A stretch of 64,000 nucleotides of DNA from the NCBI RefSeq assembly GCF_006345805.1, contig NC_043010.1, forward strand, positions 2,108,001 through 2,172,000. The letters are read 5' to 3'. Origin of the DNA: Octopus sinensis (Eukaryota). Below are positions 51,248-64,000 of this stretch, in pieces (within the stretch, counting starts at the first letter, position 1; each line of letters begins with the position of its first letter). The translations under genes and the position numbers were made by a program. Under the pieces are notes generated by a model. That model saw nothing but the letters and a program-made list of their open reading frames with translations, searched no databases and was not told where the DNA came from.

Positions 51248-51368
51248 ATGAACTCTGAAGATGATGGCATTTGTAAAGGTCATTCACCTTTTCAAATCAC
51301 TCGACTGGTTGAGTAAATGGAACTATGAATGCACCTAAAATGCATGTCAGAAACAGCTGTAAGTCTAT
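51248..51368 (+). ncRNA. Type I hammerhead-ribozyme-like motif (Penelope-like)
   Basis: CTGAAGA at 51255-51261, an 11-bp helix II with one bulge, GAAA at 51350-51353, palindromic CAGCTG, then TA. Helix I is ACT/AGT plus a 3-bp extension. Confidence 0.65.
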
Positions 51369-51645
51369 TACATACAAATAAATAAACGTGTAAAATCCAT
51401 AATTTATGCTTTTCTTTGTATATCACTCTGTGAAAACATACCATGTTAACTTGGTAATGGAACCGTGTATTTACAGAGTCAACTGGTGATGGACTTCAAC
51501 TTCAGATCTTGCCTTTGGACCACCTGGAGTTCTGTACCAATCAGAAGACTTTTGTTAGTCTGATGTATTTGCATCAGCAGAGAGCTTAAGGAGTATTTTG
51601 CCCAGATTACTAATCCCTTAGTAATTCTTTACACACACACACACA

Positions 51646-51686
<41 letters not shown>

Positions 51687-53088
51687 AAACACACACATGA
51701 AAAGGTTGAACACATGCTAACCTGGAAACAGCCATAAGACTCTATTTATTGGATTCATTTGGGACTTCCTTTTTGGATTATTGCGAACTCTTATCTCATC
51801 AGCTTGGACATCTTAATTTATCTGTATGCATTTATGCAATTACTTATCCGACTTTGATTTGGGCCAAAAATGACACTATTACATGTATATATATGTTTTT
51901 GTATGTTATATGTTTGCATGCTTATAATGGCTTATATATGCCCTCTGTGTTTAGATATGTGTCGGCTTTGATGAGGAGTATTATTGACCTTGGAGCCTGT
52001 GTCTTTCAAATTAATACTTTAATGTAATCCCCCAATAAATCGAGGCCTATGCTATTACTTCTTGAATAGAGTATATATATATGATTGAAAAGAAAGTGTT
52101 GTCCCATTTTTGACATCATTTTGAGGCTACTTATTCCAAAACTTTTGGTAAAATTTTTACATCCTACTCTTTGCCTTCTATCAGTCATTGCATGTTTTAT
52201 GGAACCTAAAGGGTTCTCTCCAACAACGAAAGCGGCAAGAAATATTTGTTGCATCTATGGAAATGAAGGTTGAAGTGTCCAGAAATGCCAACAATGGTTT
52301 GTCCGGTTTTGCTCAGGAAATTTTTCTCTTGCAGATCCCCCTTTGATTTGGACAATCAAGTTCTGTCGACACTGGACTTCCAAGGCAATCTGCATGAAAA
52401 CTAGCAAAACAGATCAAATCAAGTCACATTTTAATCATAAGGTACTTTCATGAACAAGAAAAAGTGACTAAATTTGCTGAGTGGGTCCCCTATCATCTAG
52501 GCGCTTTGCATCTTAACCAAAGTGTTGCCCTCAGCTCATCACTGAAACCTAGACTTGCTACTCAACCTTTCCAAGACAGTGTCTTCCCATATAAAGACAA
52601 GTGAGTTCTCTATAACTATATTCAATGAAAATAAGGGTTAGCATGCAATAAAAAAAAAAACAGAGCACATCCTCAAATCAGGACAACACCCCAAGATCAA
52701 GTTAATTTCTGTGTTCAGTGAGATATGAAGTGTGTCATCTATAATGGAATATTGGAATGGAATGAAAGAATAATTGCAGAGAAGTATTGTCATAAATTGA
52801 CATCATGTGATTGTTTTAATGAAGCATCACCATCATTACAAGCAATGTTCTTTGTTTCCAGTCTTCCATGGTCATAAAGAAATATTACCTCACCTGGAAT
52901 TAGGTGAAGCCTGGCAATGGGAAGGGCATTTGGCCATAGAAAATCTGCCCTAAATTGTGTCTCAATCACACAACATAGAAAATGGTCATTCAATGTTTAT
53001 TGATTACATGCACCTACACATATATGAAAAAAAGAGAGAGGAAGAGAGAGAGAGATGTACTCACAAACACACATGTATATTATATATA

Positions 53089-53129
<41 letters not shown>

Positions 53130-54550
53130 CACAACTTCACATACACATATTCATTCACACACAACCACACAGTTTTTGATTTCCTAGTCTAATGTTTATG
53201 ACCTCTTTCACTCACATTCAAATACACACACACACATGTACGTACGTATGTATGTATGTATATATGTAGGTATGTACATGTGGGAGTGAGAGAAAAAAAG
53301 AACACAATCATTAGACAAGTAAATCAAAAATTCAAAAGAACTTGATGCTAATTACAGACGGTACAGTATTTATTTACATTTTCATTAAAAAATGCAATTT
53401 GTTTCAGCTATTAAAAATGCTCTTCAGAGAATTGCAGAAGGAATATTTGAACCCATCACATATATCTATAGATACATTCTAGGATTCCTGCAAAATTACC
53501 AGATTAACTAAATAAGTAAAAAATAAAGGAATGGCAAAAAATATCTCTAGCGAACACCATATATTAATGCCAATATGGGATGGGGAAATGATCTATATGG
53601 AGAAATATTGTAGAACATATATAACTATAAGGGGTGGAGTTAATTGAATAAAGAAATATATAAAAACAGTAAATTCAATCATATCACAAAAAAATGTTTT
53701 GGGAAAAATGCAACGTCAATAAGTGAGGTGTTTAAATTAGGGATATTACAGGAAAAAAGGGAAATAACCATTGCAAGAATTCATAGATTCGGAGATAAAA
53801 GGGAGACAGTGATGTAAAATAAGGGAAAAAATAAAGAAATTAATGAAGGATCAAAGAGGTACACAGACATGCATGTATATGTGTGTATACATATGCACAC
53901 ACATATATGTATGTATATGTGTGTGTATATATTTACGCACATATTTGCATGCACAAATATGTATATGTGTGTGTGTGTGTGTGTGTATATATATACACAT
54001 ACACACACACACACACAGACACACATATATATATATAAGAAAATATACATATGCATACAAGCATAAGAATGCATGTATACACTTAGGCACAAACCAGGCA
54101 ATTAAAAGCTAATTATCACACACTTGCATATGTACAACAACAGCCAACCTTATTAGCGCATCCATACTTAATAACATCCATAATTTATATAAGAAAAAAA
54201 ATGCTTACAGGAAATATATATGTCCAAAAACATCAAGTCCTAATTACTTATGCATAAAATCAAACTCTAAATGATAATGATGAAAGATAACTGTAATATA
54301 AAGTGTTACATTATTTCACTTCATTTCCTATTAAAGATATTTCAAATCATAACATCCATCTGAAATTGTTTAAAATGTAATAGTTAAATTTTAAACTGGT
54401 TGACACTTTAAATTCCGTTAAAGTACTTCATAATATTAAAACAACAGGAGGAAAAGTCCCGTACAAATGAGATGATATGAAACTTACTGTCAGCTATAAT
54501 TCGATATATATATATGTGTGTGTTTGAAAAAGAGAGAGAGGGAGAAAGAA

Positions 54551-54585
<35 letters not shown>

Positions 54586-57500
54586 GACATACAGTCTAGT
54601 GGTTATGGTGTTACACTCTTGATAGCAAGATAATAGGTTCAATTCCTGGACTGGGTGCTGCATTATATTTCTACTTTTGCTTCAGGCTGATCAATGGCTT
54701 GTAAGTGAACCTGGTTGATGGAAACTGTGAGGAAACTTGTGTGTGTGTGTGTGTGTGTTTGCAGTTATGCCTGACTCCCACAACAGCTTGATATTCCTGC
54801 AACCTAGTGGTTTGGCAAAAGACATTGATAAACTTATTACCAGACTTAGAATAAATATGAGGGTCAATTTGTTTGACTAAAACCTTTTAAGGTAGTGCCC
54901 CAACATGGCTTTAGTATAATGAATGAAACACATAAAAAATAGAGATGCATCAACGTTAGAGTAAAATGAAAGACAGAAGCTTTGGGTAAACAGATCGGGT
55001 GATTAGTGGAATTGGGAAAGTCAGAAATACTTATTGAAATCATGAATAGAGATGGAGAGTAAGATACAGGTTAAGTGTTGGTTATGCAGATCCTCAGTGT
55101 GAGGATGTAACATGAGAAGAAGTGGTGGCCACAAAGAGATTGTCTGACATATTCATTCCTGAGTAAGCATGAAAGAATTACTAAATAAATTAGATTAGGT
55201 AAAAAAAAAAGTAAAAAGAAGTAACAGATGAATTTAGCAATAAAAAAAATGGAAATTACACGAACGTATATAAACAAGAGATACAAATATTACAGGCACT
55301 CCCCCCACACACACACACTAACTAAACATAGACACACATAGAGATATACGCATGCGCAAATGAAGACAAATACAATAGAAATACAAAATGGCTGACGGTT
55401 AGTAAGGAGAGACACACAAATAAGAAAGAAGAAAGCAAAGGACCACTGATGCGATCACAGAAGTGTGACGAAAGAACTCTGACCGAAATAAGATTAAGAT
55501 TAATGTAAAAAGTGAATAACACTGAAGCAAAGTAACACCAAATATATAGTGCGTGTGTTTTTATTGGCTAAACTGGCAAAATGACCTTTCCTAAATACAA
55601 CAATAAAACGGAAATTATTGTATTGAATAGAACATTAAAAAATTACATATAAAAAATTGTCAGTCATGAAATGGACTGATACCACTGTAACTGGCCTATC
55701 AGCAAAGTATAGACATTAAGTATAATACTCAGATAGCTATTTTAATTTAATACAGCCTCAATTGCATATTTAGGATTTTTATTCAGCTATTTGTGAATGC
55801 TTTATTTATTGTTACCTATATCAGGACTGGTGAATTTTTATCCAGGTACATGACTGGCTGAGTACATGTCACTGAAAAAGCCCCAAAAATGTATCTGGCA
55901 TTTTCAATGATCATTGTAGGTGTGATTTTTTTTTTTTGCTTTCCTCTGATTATTAATTTTGTTTTTAACAAAGCATATCCATAAGTGATGTTATCTCAGG
56001 ACAGACACTACAATAACTGGCCTATCAATATACACTAAATATGATATATATAGATGTGTGTAAAAAAATTGATTAAATATATATGTGTGCCGTAAATCAG
56101 TAAATGGCAAAAGTAATACAAGTCAAACAGGAAGCTGAAATTTTCTACTTAGATATTTACCTGTGGGGCAAAGAAAGATTCTGAAAATATCTGTCCTGAA
56201 ATTTTATGATGGCACAATCCTATTCTATATTGAGGGCCTATTAAGTTTGAGGATTTTAGCAAAGACTATTTCATAAGCCTCTGTGGCACAGAGATTGCAT
56301 AGTTTTCTATGCCTTGCAAATAATTTAGAGCAAGAAATAATTTTTCAGGTTTAGCTATTTTGTGCATTTGAAATCTTTAAATTCTAAGCATAACTAGAAA
56401 GTGAAACAGAAGTGCTTCTGGAGATTTTCTTGAATGAACAGGTATGTTGATTGTAGTGAAATATGAAGGAAATACTTGTAAGTGCAGTATATGCACTAGT
56501 GGGGTTAGCTGTTTGTACTTAATATTAATACATTATATACTTTATTGAAAAGAGCTCAAAGGGTATTTTTAGGGAATGTATAATTACAGTTAAAGTGAGT
56601 AGTAGAGGTTGTATTAGTTAGATTAATTTCAGCAAGGTTAGGACAAGCAAAATCAAGTGCAAAGCCTAGGGATGTAGAATATAAAATCTTTATAGTACTC
56701 ATATGAAAAATTCTGTAATATTTATGCTGTTGTGGAAGATTATTTTAAGTAAGCTAACAGAAAAAAAAAAGTTGCTATAAGCATGGCTACTTCTAAGTTA
56801 AGTGCCATTATCAGTATTTTCAGAATTTGTTTAGAATACTCTATTTCTTACTTTATGCAAGAGGTCCTCATTGCTTTGAACCTTAGTTAAACAAGTGCAT
56901 TAGGACAAAAACCTCAGGCCATTGAGAAAATATGTTAATAAAACATCAGTTAATAAACCATATTTTGCAGTTAATAAAACATACAACTACAAAATGCCTT
57001 GCAGTATTGAATTATGCCTTCTTTTACATTCTGAATTCAAATCCCACTGGAATGAAACATTAATTTCATCAATCCAAAGTTTAAAAGAAACAGTACCAGT
57101 CATTTAAAGGATATCAATAAAGTAAGGCATTCATCAAAAACTGGAATTGATTTAATCAGCTATACCACTCGATTTAGGGTCTTGTTCCAGTAGTGGGGAC
57201 CAATATTGATGATGATAATGATGAAGACAACAACAAAAGATGATGATGACAATGATGATGATTAAATTGTAGATTATTTCAGAAAAATACTACCAGTATG
57301 TTCAGCAACCTGCTGCCAAATTTCAGATGGTTTTGGTAAATAAAAGTTTAAATTTAAAATGCAAAGAAAAATTTTCAAAAATAAATGTATGATAGAATAA
57401 ATAAAAAGTAACTACATAAATATATTTATTCTCTCATTTTTCCCAACTACATTCTTAGAAACACCATTACACCCTCATTACTAAACTTGCCCCATATACA

Positions 57501-57750
57501 ACCCACTGCACCACTCAGTTACTAAAACTGTTTCAGTGATGAGGTTTCTACCTTCAAGATAACACAATCCCATCTCTACTTCACCCATTTTATTTCTATA
57601 TACTTATGAAGGATGAGGAAGAGGAGGAAAGAAAAAGAAGAAAATAAAGAGAAACAAAAAGATTTCAAAAAAATAATGAAAATTTCAAGAATTACATAAA
57701 CTCAGCTATTTATTTCCATAGCTATCTTTAATAGAGATGAAGAGTGGGGG

Positions 57751-59071
57751 ATTGAAGGGGAGCAAAATGAAAGAGAAAGTAAAAGAGAAAGTAAAAGAGA
57801 GATGACAGAGACAGAGAAAAGATGCAAGAAATAAGGAAGGGTGAGTAAAAAGATAAGCAATTTTAATGGAAAGACAACTCTGTTTACCATCTCTTATCTT
57901 TTACTTATTTTTGTTTTTGGACTGTGGCCATGCTGGGATAGCACTTGAAAGGTTTATTTGAAAAAAATCAACACTAGTACTTATTTAGATGTCTGGTACT
58001 CATACTTATTCTATCTAACCTCTTTGCTGAACTGTTCAGTTACGGTGATGTAATGAAACCAACACCGGTTGGCAAGCAGTGTGGGAAAACACACACACAC
58101 ACACAACAGGCTTCCACACAGTTTCTGACAGCCAACTTCATAGTCAAGGCATTGATTGACCAAAATTTAGAGTAAAAGACTCTTGCCAAAAATGCCACAC
58201 ATTGGGAGTAAGTCTGAAATGGCAAAGATGCAAAGCAAGCTTCTTAACAATGTTGCTGTTGATGCAGTTTTCAAGTCAGTGCCACGATGTGAAGATAGTG
58301 GAATGGTAAATCATTAGAGTACTGAACAAAATGCCTCGTGATAGTTCTTCAGGCTCTTTACACTCTGAATTCATATTCCACCAGGGTTAGCTTTGCCTTT
58401 CAACTCTTCCTTCGTTGATGAAATAAAATAACTGGCACTCCATAGGATATGATGACATGATTTGATCCACAGGACAACTTATGAAATTATCTGGGAGTTT
58501 CAGCATGGCACAGAAAGTGACAAGGCCAGCCCTGACTGGAGCAACATGAAATAAAGTGTCTTACTCAAGGACACAACACACTGCCAGGAATTGAACTCAC
58601 AACCTTATGATCATGAGCCAAATACTTTAACCACTAAGCCATTTGCCCACTGATAAAATAAAGTACCAGTCAAGTATTGCAGCTGATAATAATGAATATC
58701 CTTTGCTATCAAATTCACTGGCCTTGAGTTTTTATCAGAAAGAATTATCAGCCTTCCAAAGTGAGAGAGAGAGAGAGAGAGAGAGAGACCGTTTTGTTAT
58801 TTTGTTCCATGAATAGGTTACAGGGAGAAAGGGAAGAGATGCAAAAATATTTTAAGATCTCCAAGACTGGAAGAGAGGAAGGTATCACCACACCAGACAG
58901 TAGACTTAAATGCTTATTACAGAATGGACTTTGTAAAGGACCAAGTGACAGAAGCAAGCAAGTTGAATTATTAAATCCACAAACCTGGCTTTCAACTCAT
59001 TTTTAAGTGCATCTTTTCTCTGTCTCTGTCATCTCTCTTTTACTTTCTCTTTCATTTTGCTCCTCTTCAAT
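57751..59071. repeat. Pair of ~64-bp inverted repeats 1.2 kb apart
   Basis: 57751-57826 and 59008-59071 are reverse complements, differing by one substitution and a 12-bp tandem indel. Confidence 0.9.
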
Positions 59072-60065
59072 ACATATGACTAATATTGGCAGAATGAGAT
59101 ACATTTATCTACAGGTTGAAACAGCTGTAAGATCCATTTTATATGTATTATTTTTATGGTATTATCTTACTTATTGATGTATATTGTTTTATTTTGTTGG
59201 ATTTGGATGTTCCTATTTATGTAGTTAACAAATAATATGAATTGATAAAATCTGTAAGTTGATGACTGAAATGAATCTGTTCCTCCATTTTCTTATTTGT
59301 ATTATTGTCGTCGTCGTCGTCGTATATATATACACACACAGAGACATACATGCACACGATAGGTTCCTTTCAGTTTCCATCTGCCAAACCCATTTATGAC
59401 ATCTTGGTTGGCCCAGGGCTATTATAGAAAACACTTGCTCAAGGTACCACACAGTAATATTGAACCCAAAATCACATGGCTGGGAAGCAAGGTTCTTAAC
59501 CACACAGTAACGACTGTTATGTATATTAACTTCCAATCAGTATTCTATTATTATCAACCCCTCACTATTTTTGCTTTTGTATTTTTTTTTCAATGCAAGT
59601 GAAAGGTATCAATGGTGCCAAATAATACAATGGTAGACTGTAAAACTGAAAGCTTAAGCCTAGTGTAACTAGTAAGAAAATTATTTTTGAAACTAATTTG
59701 TTGCGTATGCATTCTTTTCCTTTCTAATTCGTGCATGCATATAAGTAGTGGGGTAGATAAAGCAGAGAGAGAGAGAATGAAGGATAGGAGAATCGTTCTA
59801 AAATAGTGTTACGTTTTTTTCAGTGTCATTATCTGAGATACAGATATCATCTATCACTTAGTTTTATGCTTTATGGCTTATTGAGTATGTTTAGTGGTGC
59901 CATCTGCTCTGAATGCAATGGATTAATTTACACAAATCCATATTATACAATCTCTGTTGTGTCATCGCGTTTTAATATATTGTTACATTAAAAAAGAATC
60001 AAGTCATAGATGTATGCTTGTAAATGTGAATGCATTTGTAAATGTGTGTGAATGCATGAATATGT

Positions 60066-60097
<32 letters not shown>

Positions 60098-60467
60098 AGT
60101 GTGTGTATGTGTGTGATAGAAATAAAGCAGTTATATCTGAATGTATATACACTCGAATATAACTGCTTTATTTCTATCATTTAACAAGTAAAATAATTTA
60201 TAAAAATAGCACTTCTTAAGTTATTATTGATATATTTTCTGATACTTTCAGTATTAATCAGACACAAAACACATTATTAGCTCATACTCAGAGTTTCTCG
60301 CTTTAAGAATAGAAATGGCTGTGTTTCCAGTTTATTTCAGTCTTCATTAGTTTAACCCAGGGAATCTCAACCATTTTTTTGCCTATTGGCCCCTTTGATC
60401 CCCATTTAACTCTACTGGACCTCTATAACCATTTGCTGAGTATAAAAAAAAACCCTGTAGTGTTTTT

Positions 60468-60878
60468 ATACTCTTTTACTCTTTTTCAATCATTTGACTG
60501 TGGCCATGCTGGAGCACCGCCATTAGTCAAGCAAATCAGCCCCAGGACTTATTCTTTGTGAGCCTAGTACTTATTCTATTGGTCTCTTTTGCCGAACCGC
60601 TAAGTTACGAAGACGTAAACATACCACCATCGGTTGTCAAGCGATGTTTGGAGGACAAGTACAGACACACAAACATACACACACACATACAGATATATAT
60701 ATATATATATATATACATGACGGGCTTCTTTCAGTTTCCGTCTACCAAATCCACTCACAAGGCTTTGATCAGCCCGAGGCAATAGTAGAAGACATTTGCC
60801 CAAGGTGCCATGCAGTGGGACTGAACCTGGAACCATGTGGCTGGTAAGCAAGCTACTTACCACACTGCCACTCCTACA
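60468..60878 (-). mobile_element. SINE family A, full length
   Basis: Reverse complement is colinear with 3061-3430. Confidence 0.9.
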
Positions 60879-61119
60879 CCTATATATAATTAAATTTTAT
60901 TTGGAATTGCATAAAAAAAAATTTAAATAGATTTTAACAACAAAATTTTATATGGACCACAGTTGAAAACCACTAGTTTAACCAAGGCTACTAAATTTAT
61001 TGTAATAACGGAATGAAACTTCACCTCCAAATAGTCTTTACCAAACACAATGAGTATTCTTCTTCCCATTTGTACTCTCAAAATATACACTGTTTCATTA
61101 CTTTTATACATCTGTTTTC

Positions 61120-61509
61120 CTATTCTTTTATTCTTTTATTTGTTTCAGTCATTTGACTGCGGCCATGCTGGAGCACCACCTTTAGTCGAGAAAATCGACC
61201 CCACAACTTATACTTTGTAAGCCTAGTACTTATTCTATCGGTCTCTTTTGCAGAACCACTAAGTGCAAACACACCAGCATCGGTTGTCAAGCGATGTTGT
61301 GGGGACAAACACACACACACATATATATATATATATACATATATACGATGGGCTTCTTTCAGTTTCTGTTTACCAAATCGACTCACAAGGCTTTGGTCGG
61401 CCCGAAAGCTATAGTAGAAGACACTTGCCCAAGGTGCCATGCAGTGGGACTGAACCCGGAACAATGTGGCTGGTAAGCAAGCTACTTACCACACAGCCAC
61501 TCTTGCGCC
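61120..61509 (-). mobile_element. SINE family A, full length
   Basis: Reverse complement is colinear with 3061-3430. Further degenerate copies lie at ~15295, 21415, 30245, 34820, 54595, 57900, 59340, 61570 and 62480. Confidence 0.9.
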
Positions 61510-63430
61510 TATGTTAACATTTGTTAGATGAATATAGGAAGGGGTGCTGAAAAGTGTGTATGTGTGTTGGCTCATAGCTACAGTAGAAGATACTTGCTTG
61601 GGATGCTGTAGAGTGGGACTGAACCCAAAATTGCATGGTTGCAAAGCAAGTTTCTTAACCACACAGCCATGTCTGCTCTTTCAGAGGAAATTGTTACTTT
61701 TAAAAAATTGATTTAACCCATTGGTATTCAAACTGGTTGAGTATAAATTACCATAAAGGTATTTTTATTGAAATTTGTCCAGATTAAGTTATCATCGGTG
61801 CCCAGAAAATGCAAACGTATGTTGCACAGGAAATCACTTTTCAATAATAGCAGCAACAGGGTATACACAAGATACAGGAATTAGCACTTAAAGACACGAC
61901 ACACATACTACAGAGAGTACTTCCAATTGAATAGAAAACCGAAAAGCAAACAAAAACACAACATGTACTCATGGCATGTAGAGCTATGCTCAGCGGCGCA
62001 GTGAAAACAAGCAATAAAAGTAAGCCTACTGATTAATAATATAATAATATTAATCATGAACATAAACAATAATAATAATAATAATAATAATGTTAATAGC
62101 AGTGGTGTTAATAATGAAAACACTTGCCTGTTTTCATTATTTCTATGTGAACATATCAACACATCAAATGCCATTAGAATTATGAATGCTAACAGATTAA
62201 TGGAATATTTCAGAAGAGCAGTTTTTGATTTGTCATTGCACAGATATGGGAGTGAGACAAATTAAGGTATGCTACAATATACCAGATCAATAAAATAAAG
62301 ACCAATAAAAGTGAATAGTCAATTTAATTAGTTATACATGCCTCCTCAACAGTGATTGGTCATTTGCCCATTTAGAGGAATATCCTGGTATCACTACTTG
62401 AAATCTCAAATGCATATTGATTAAGGGTAATTTATACCTACAATTTTATCTTCTTTGAGATAGCGTCTTCTACTGTATCCCTGGGTCGACCAAAACCTTG
62501 TGAGTGAATTTAGTTGATGAAGACTGTGTAGAAATCTGTTGTGTGTGTTTGTGTTTGTCCCCCTCACTGCCTCATAACCAGTATTGGTTTGTTTATGTCC
62601 ACATAACATGGCAATTCTGGGACCGATAGAACAAATACCAGACTGTGAAATAGATAAATACTGGGGTCAATTTGTTTGGCTAAACCCTTTAAAGATAGCC
62701 ACAGTCCAATGAGTGAAATGTGTAAAAGATAAATGGTAAAATTATATATGCATGCACACACACACACACATGCACACATATATATGTATATGTTTGTGTG
62801 TGCCTGCACACCTTGACATCATGTGACAGTTGTAAACCATTCACGAGATGTTATTCGTTTGCAGTCATCACGACCTAACACATCTGGTCACGGAGGGGAA
62901 TATTACCAAACTTGGAAACAAGTAAAGATTGGTGAAAGAAAGGGGCACCCAGCAATAGAAAATCTACTCCAATGAATTCCATATGACACATGCAAGCATG
63001 AAAAAAGTGGATGTTAAAACAACAACGATGACAATGTGGATGATGATGATGATGATGAGGAGGAGGAGGAGATGGTGGAAGAGGAGGGGACTATTATATG
63101 CTTGCTGTGGTCAGGATAATGTTACTGTTAGGGTTGTGCAGACGTTTACGACTGAGTGGTGCAGAAGTTTACTTCAAAGCTATTAGGTTCCAGATGAAAT
63201 TTTAGGCAAGTTGTCTTTTACCTTAACTATGAGTCAACCTGAAGCTTGTGAGCAAAATTGAGAATAAATGGAAATTATGTCAGAGGAACTGTACATGCAG
63301 TATAGAAGCCTGGTCTCATCTTATGTTGGGTCATGCTGATGTGGCTTGTGAATTACGTTAAATGTATACGTTTATAGATCGCTAGCCACTACACATTCTT
63401 TATTTTCTCTCCTTGTTTCTTTCTGTGTTC

Positions 63431-63466
63431 CTTTCTGTGGAAGAGCGTAGGCTCGAAACGTTAAAG
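63431..63466 (+). ncRNA. Minimal hammerhead-like variant motif
   Basis: CTTT-CTGTGGA-A-GAGC(GTAG)GCTC-GAAA-CG-TT-AAAG. The core deviates from CUGANGA (A6 is U, plus one extra A). Confidence 0.4.
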
Positions 63467-63573
63467 ACTTTTTCATTTCCTGAGCGTTAAACTAATACAT
63501 CTGTTTGTTGTCTACACCACTTGTCTTCATCCTTTGTTTTTTTTGTGAATTCTCCTTATATATATTTATAAAG

Positions 63574-63622
<49 letters not shown>

Positions 63623-63837
63623 TATAAATTGAGATAGGGGTTGTGAGTGCAACCCACCATGGGATAACATATATCCAATATACTGCCGGTAAAGCACCCA
63701 ACAAAGTTAATACATAAATGTTCTATACTATTATGTTTGACCTTGATGTTCATATGTAGTGGGTTACTAAATTATATGATTGGGTATTATCTGGTAGTTG
63801 ATTATTGATTAAGGTGTATTTCTCCATTTTCTTATTT

Positions 63838-63870
<33 letters not shown>

Positions 63871-64000
63871 GCATCTAAGGATGTGTGTGTGTAGGCACAT
63901 ATATGTATGTAAGAATCTATGTGCCAGCTAGTATGTATGTATACACCTTTATCATTAGCAACAATAGTTATCATTTATGAGAATCAAAATTATGTATTTC

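Noticed and set aside
53390-53440. Minus-strand CTGAAGA...GAAAC
   Set aside because: There is no NUH triplet and no helix I pairing.

Overview
AT-rich, repeat-dominated eukaryotic (metazoan) DNA. The repeat families, (TA)n/(CA)n/(ATT)n microsatellite load and tRNA-derived SINEs look most like a cephalopod (Octopus-type) genome; this is inferred from repeat recognition, not from a database search. I found no confidently supported host protein-coding exon, so the window is probably intronic or intergenic, and nearly all ORFs in the track are microsatellite artefacts. Protein-coding remnants are all transposon-derived: a DD34D mariner (1.1-1.75 kb), a DD37D/maT-like element with TIRs (1755-2631), RTE LINE fragments (9.5-10.6 kb), an R4/Dong-type retrotransposon with RT, CCHC and REL domains (12.0-13.9 kb, plus a second 3' fragment at 47.4-47.6 kb), a 5'-truncated but near-intact CR1-clade RT (25.3-26.7 kb), a mariner MITE (35.9 kb) and an internally deleted Tc1 (37.1-37.7 kb). 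Dozens of SINE copies from at least four families are interspersed. The most interesting signals are: (i) several type I hammerhead-ribozyme-like motifs with palindromic helix III, of the Penelope-like-element kind (37.9, 51.3 and 63.4 kb, plus a half motif at 59.1 kb); (ii) a perfect 91-bp-arm palindrome and a 39-bp hairpin next to a microhomology-bounded template-switch duplication (29.2-31.9 kb); (iii) an inverted templated insertion copied from a donor 5 kb away; (iv) a ~560-bp non-coding element that sits inside (AAT)n tracts in both copies. Most SINE boundaries are approximate, to within about 10 bp.
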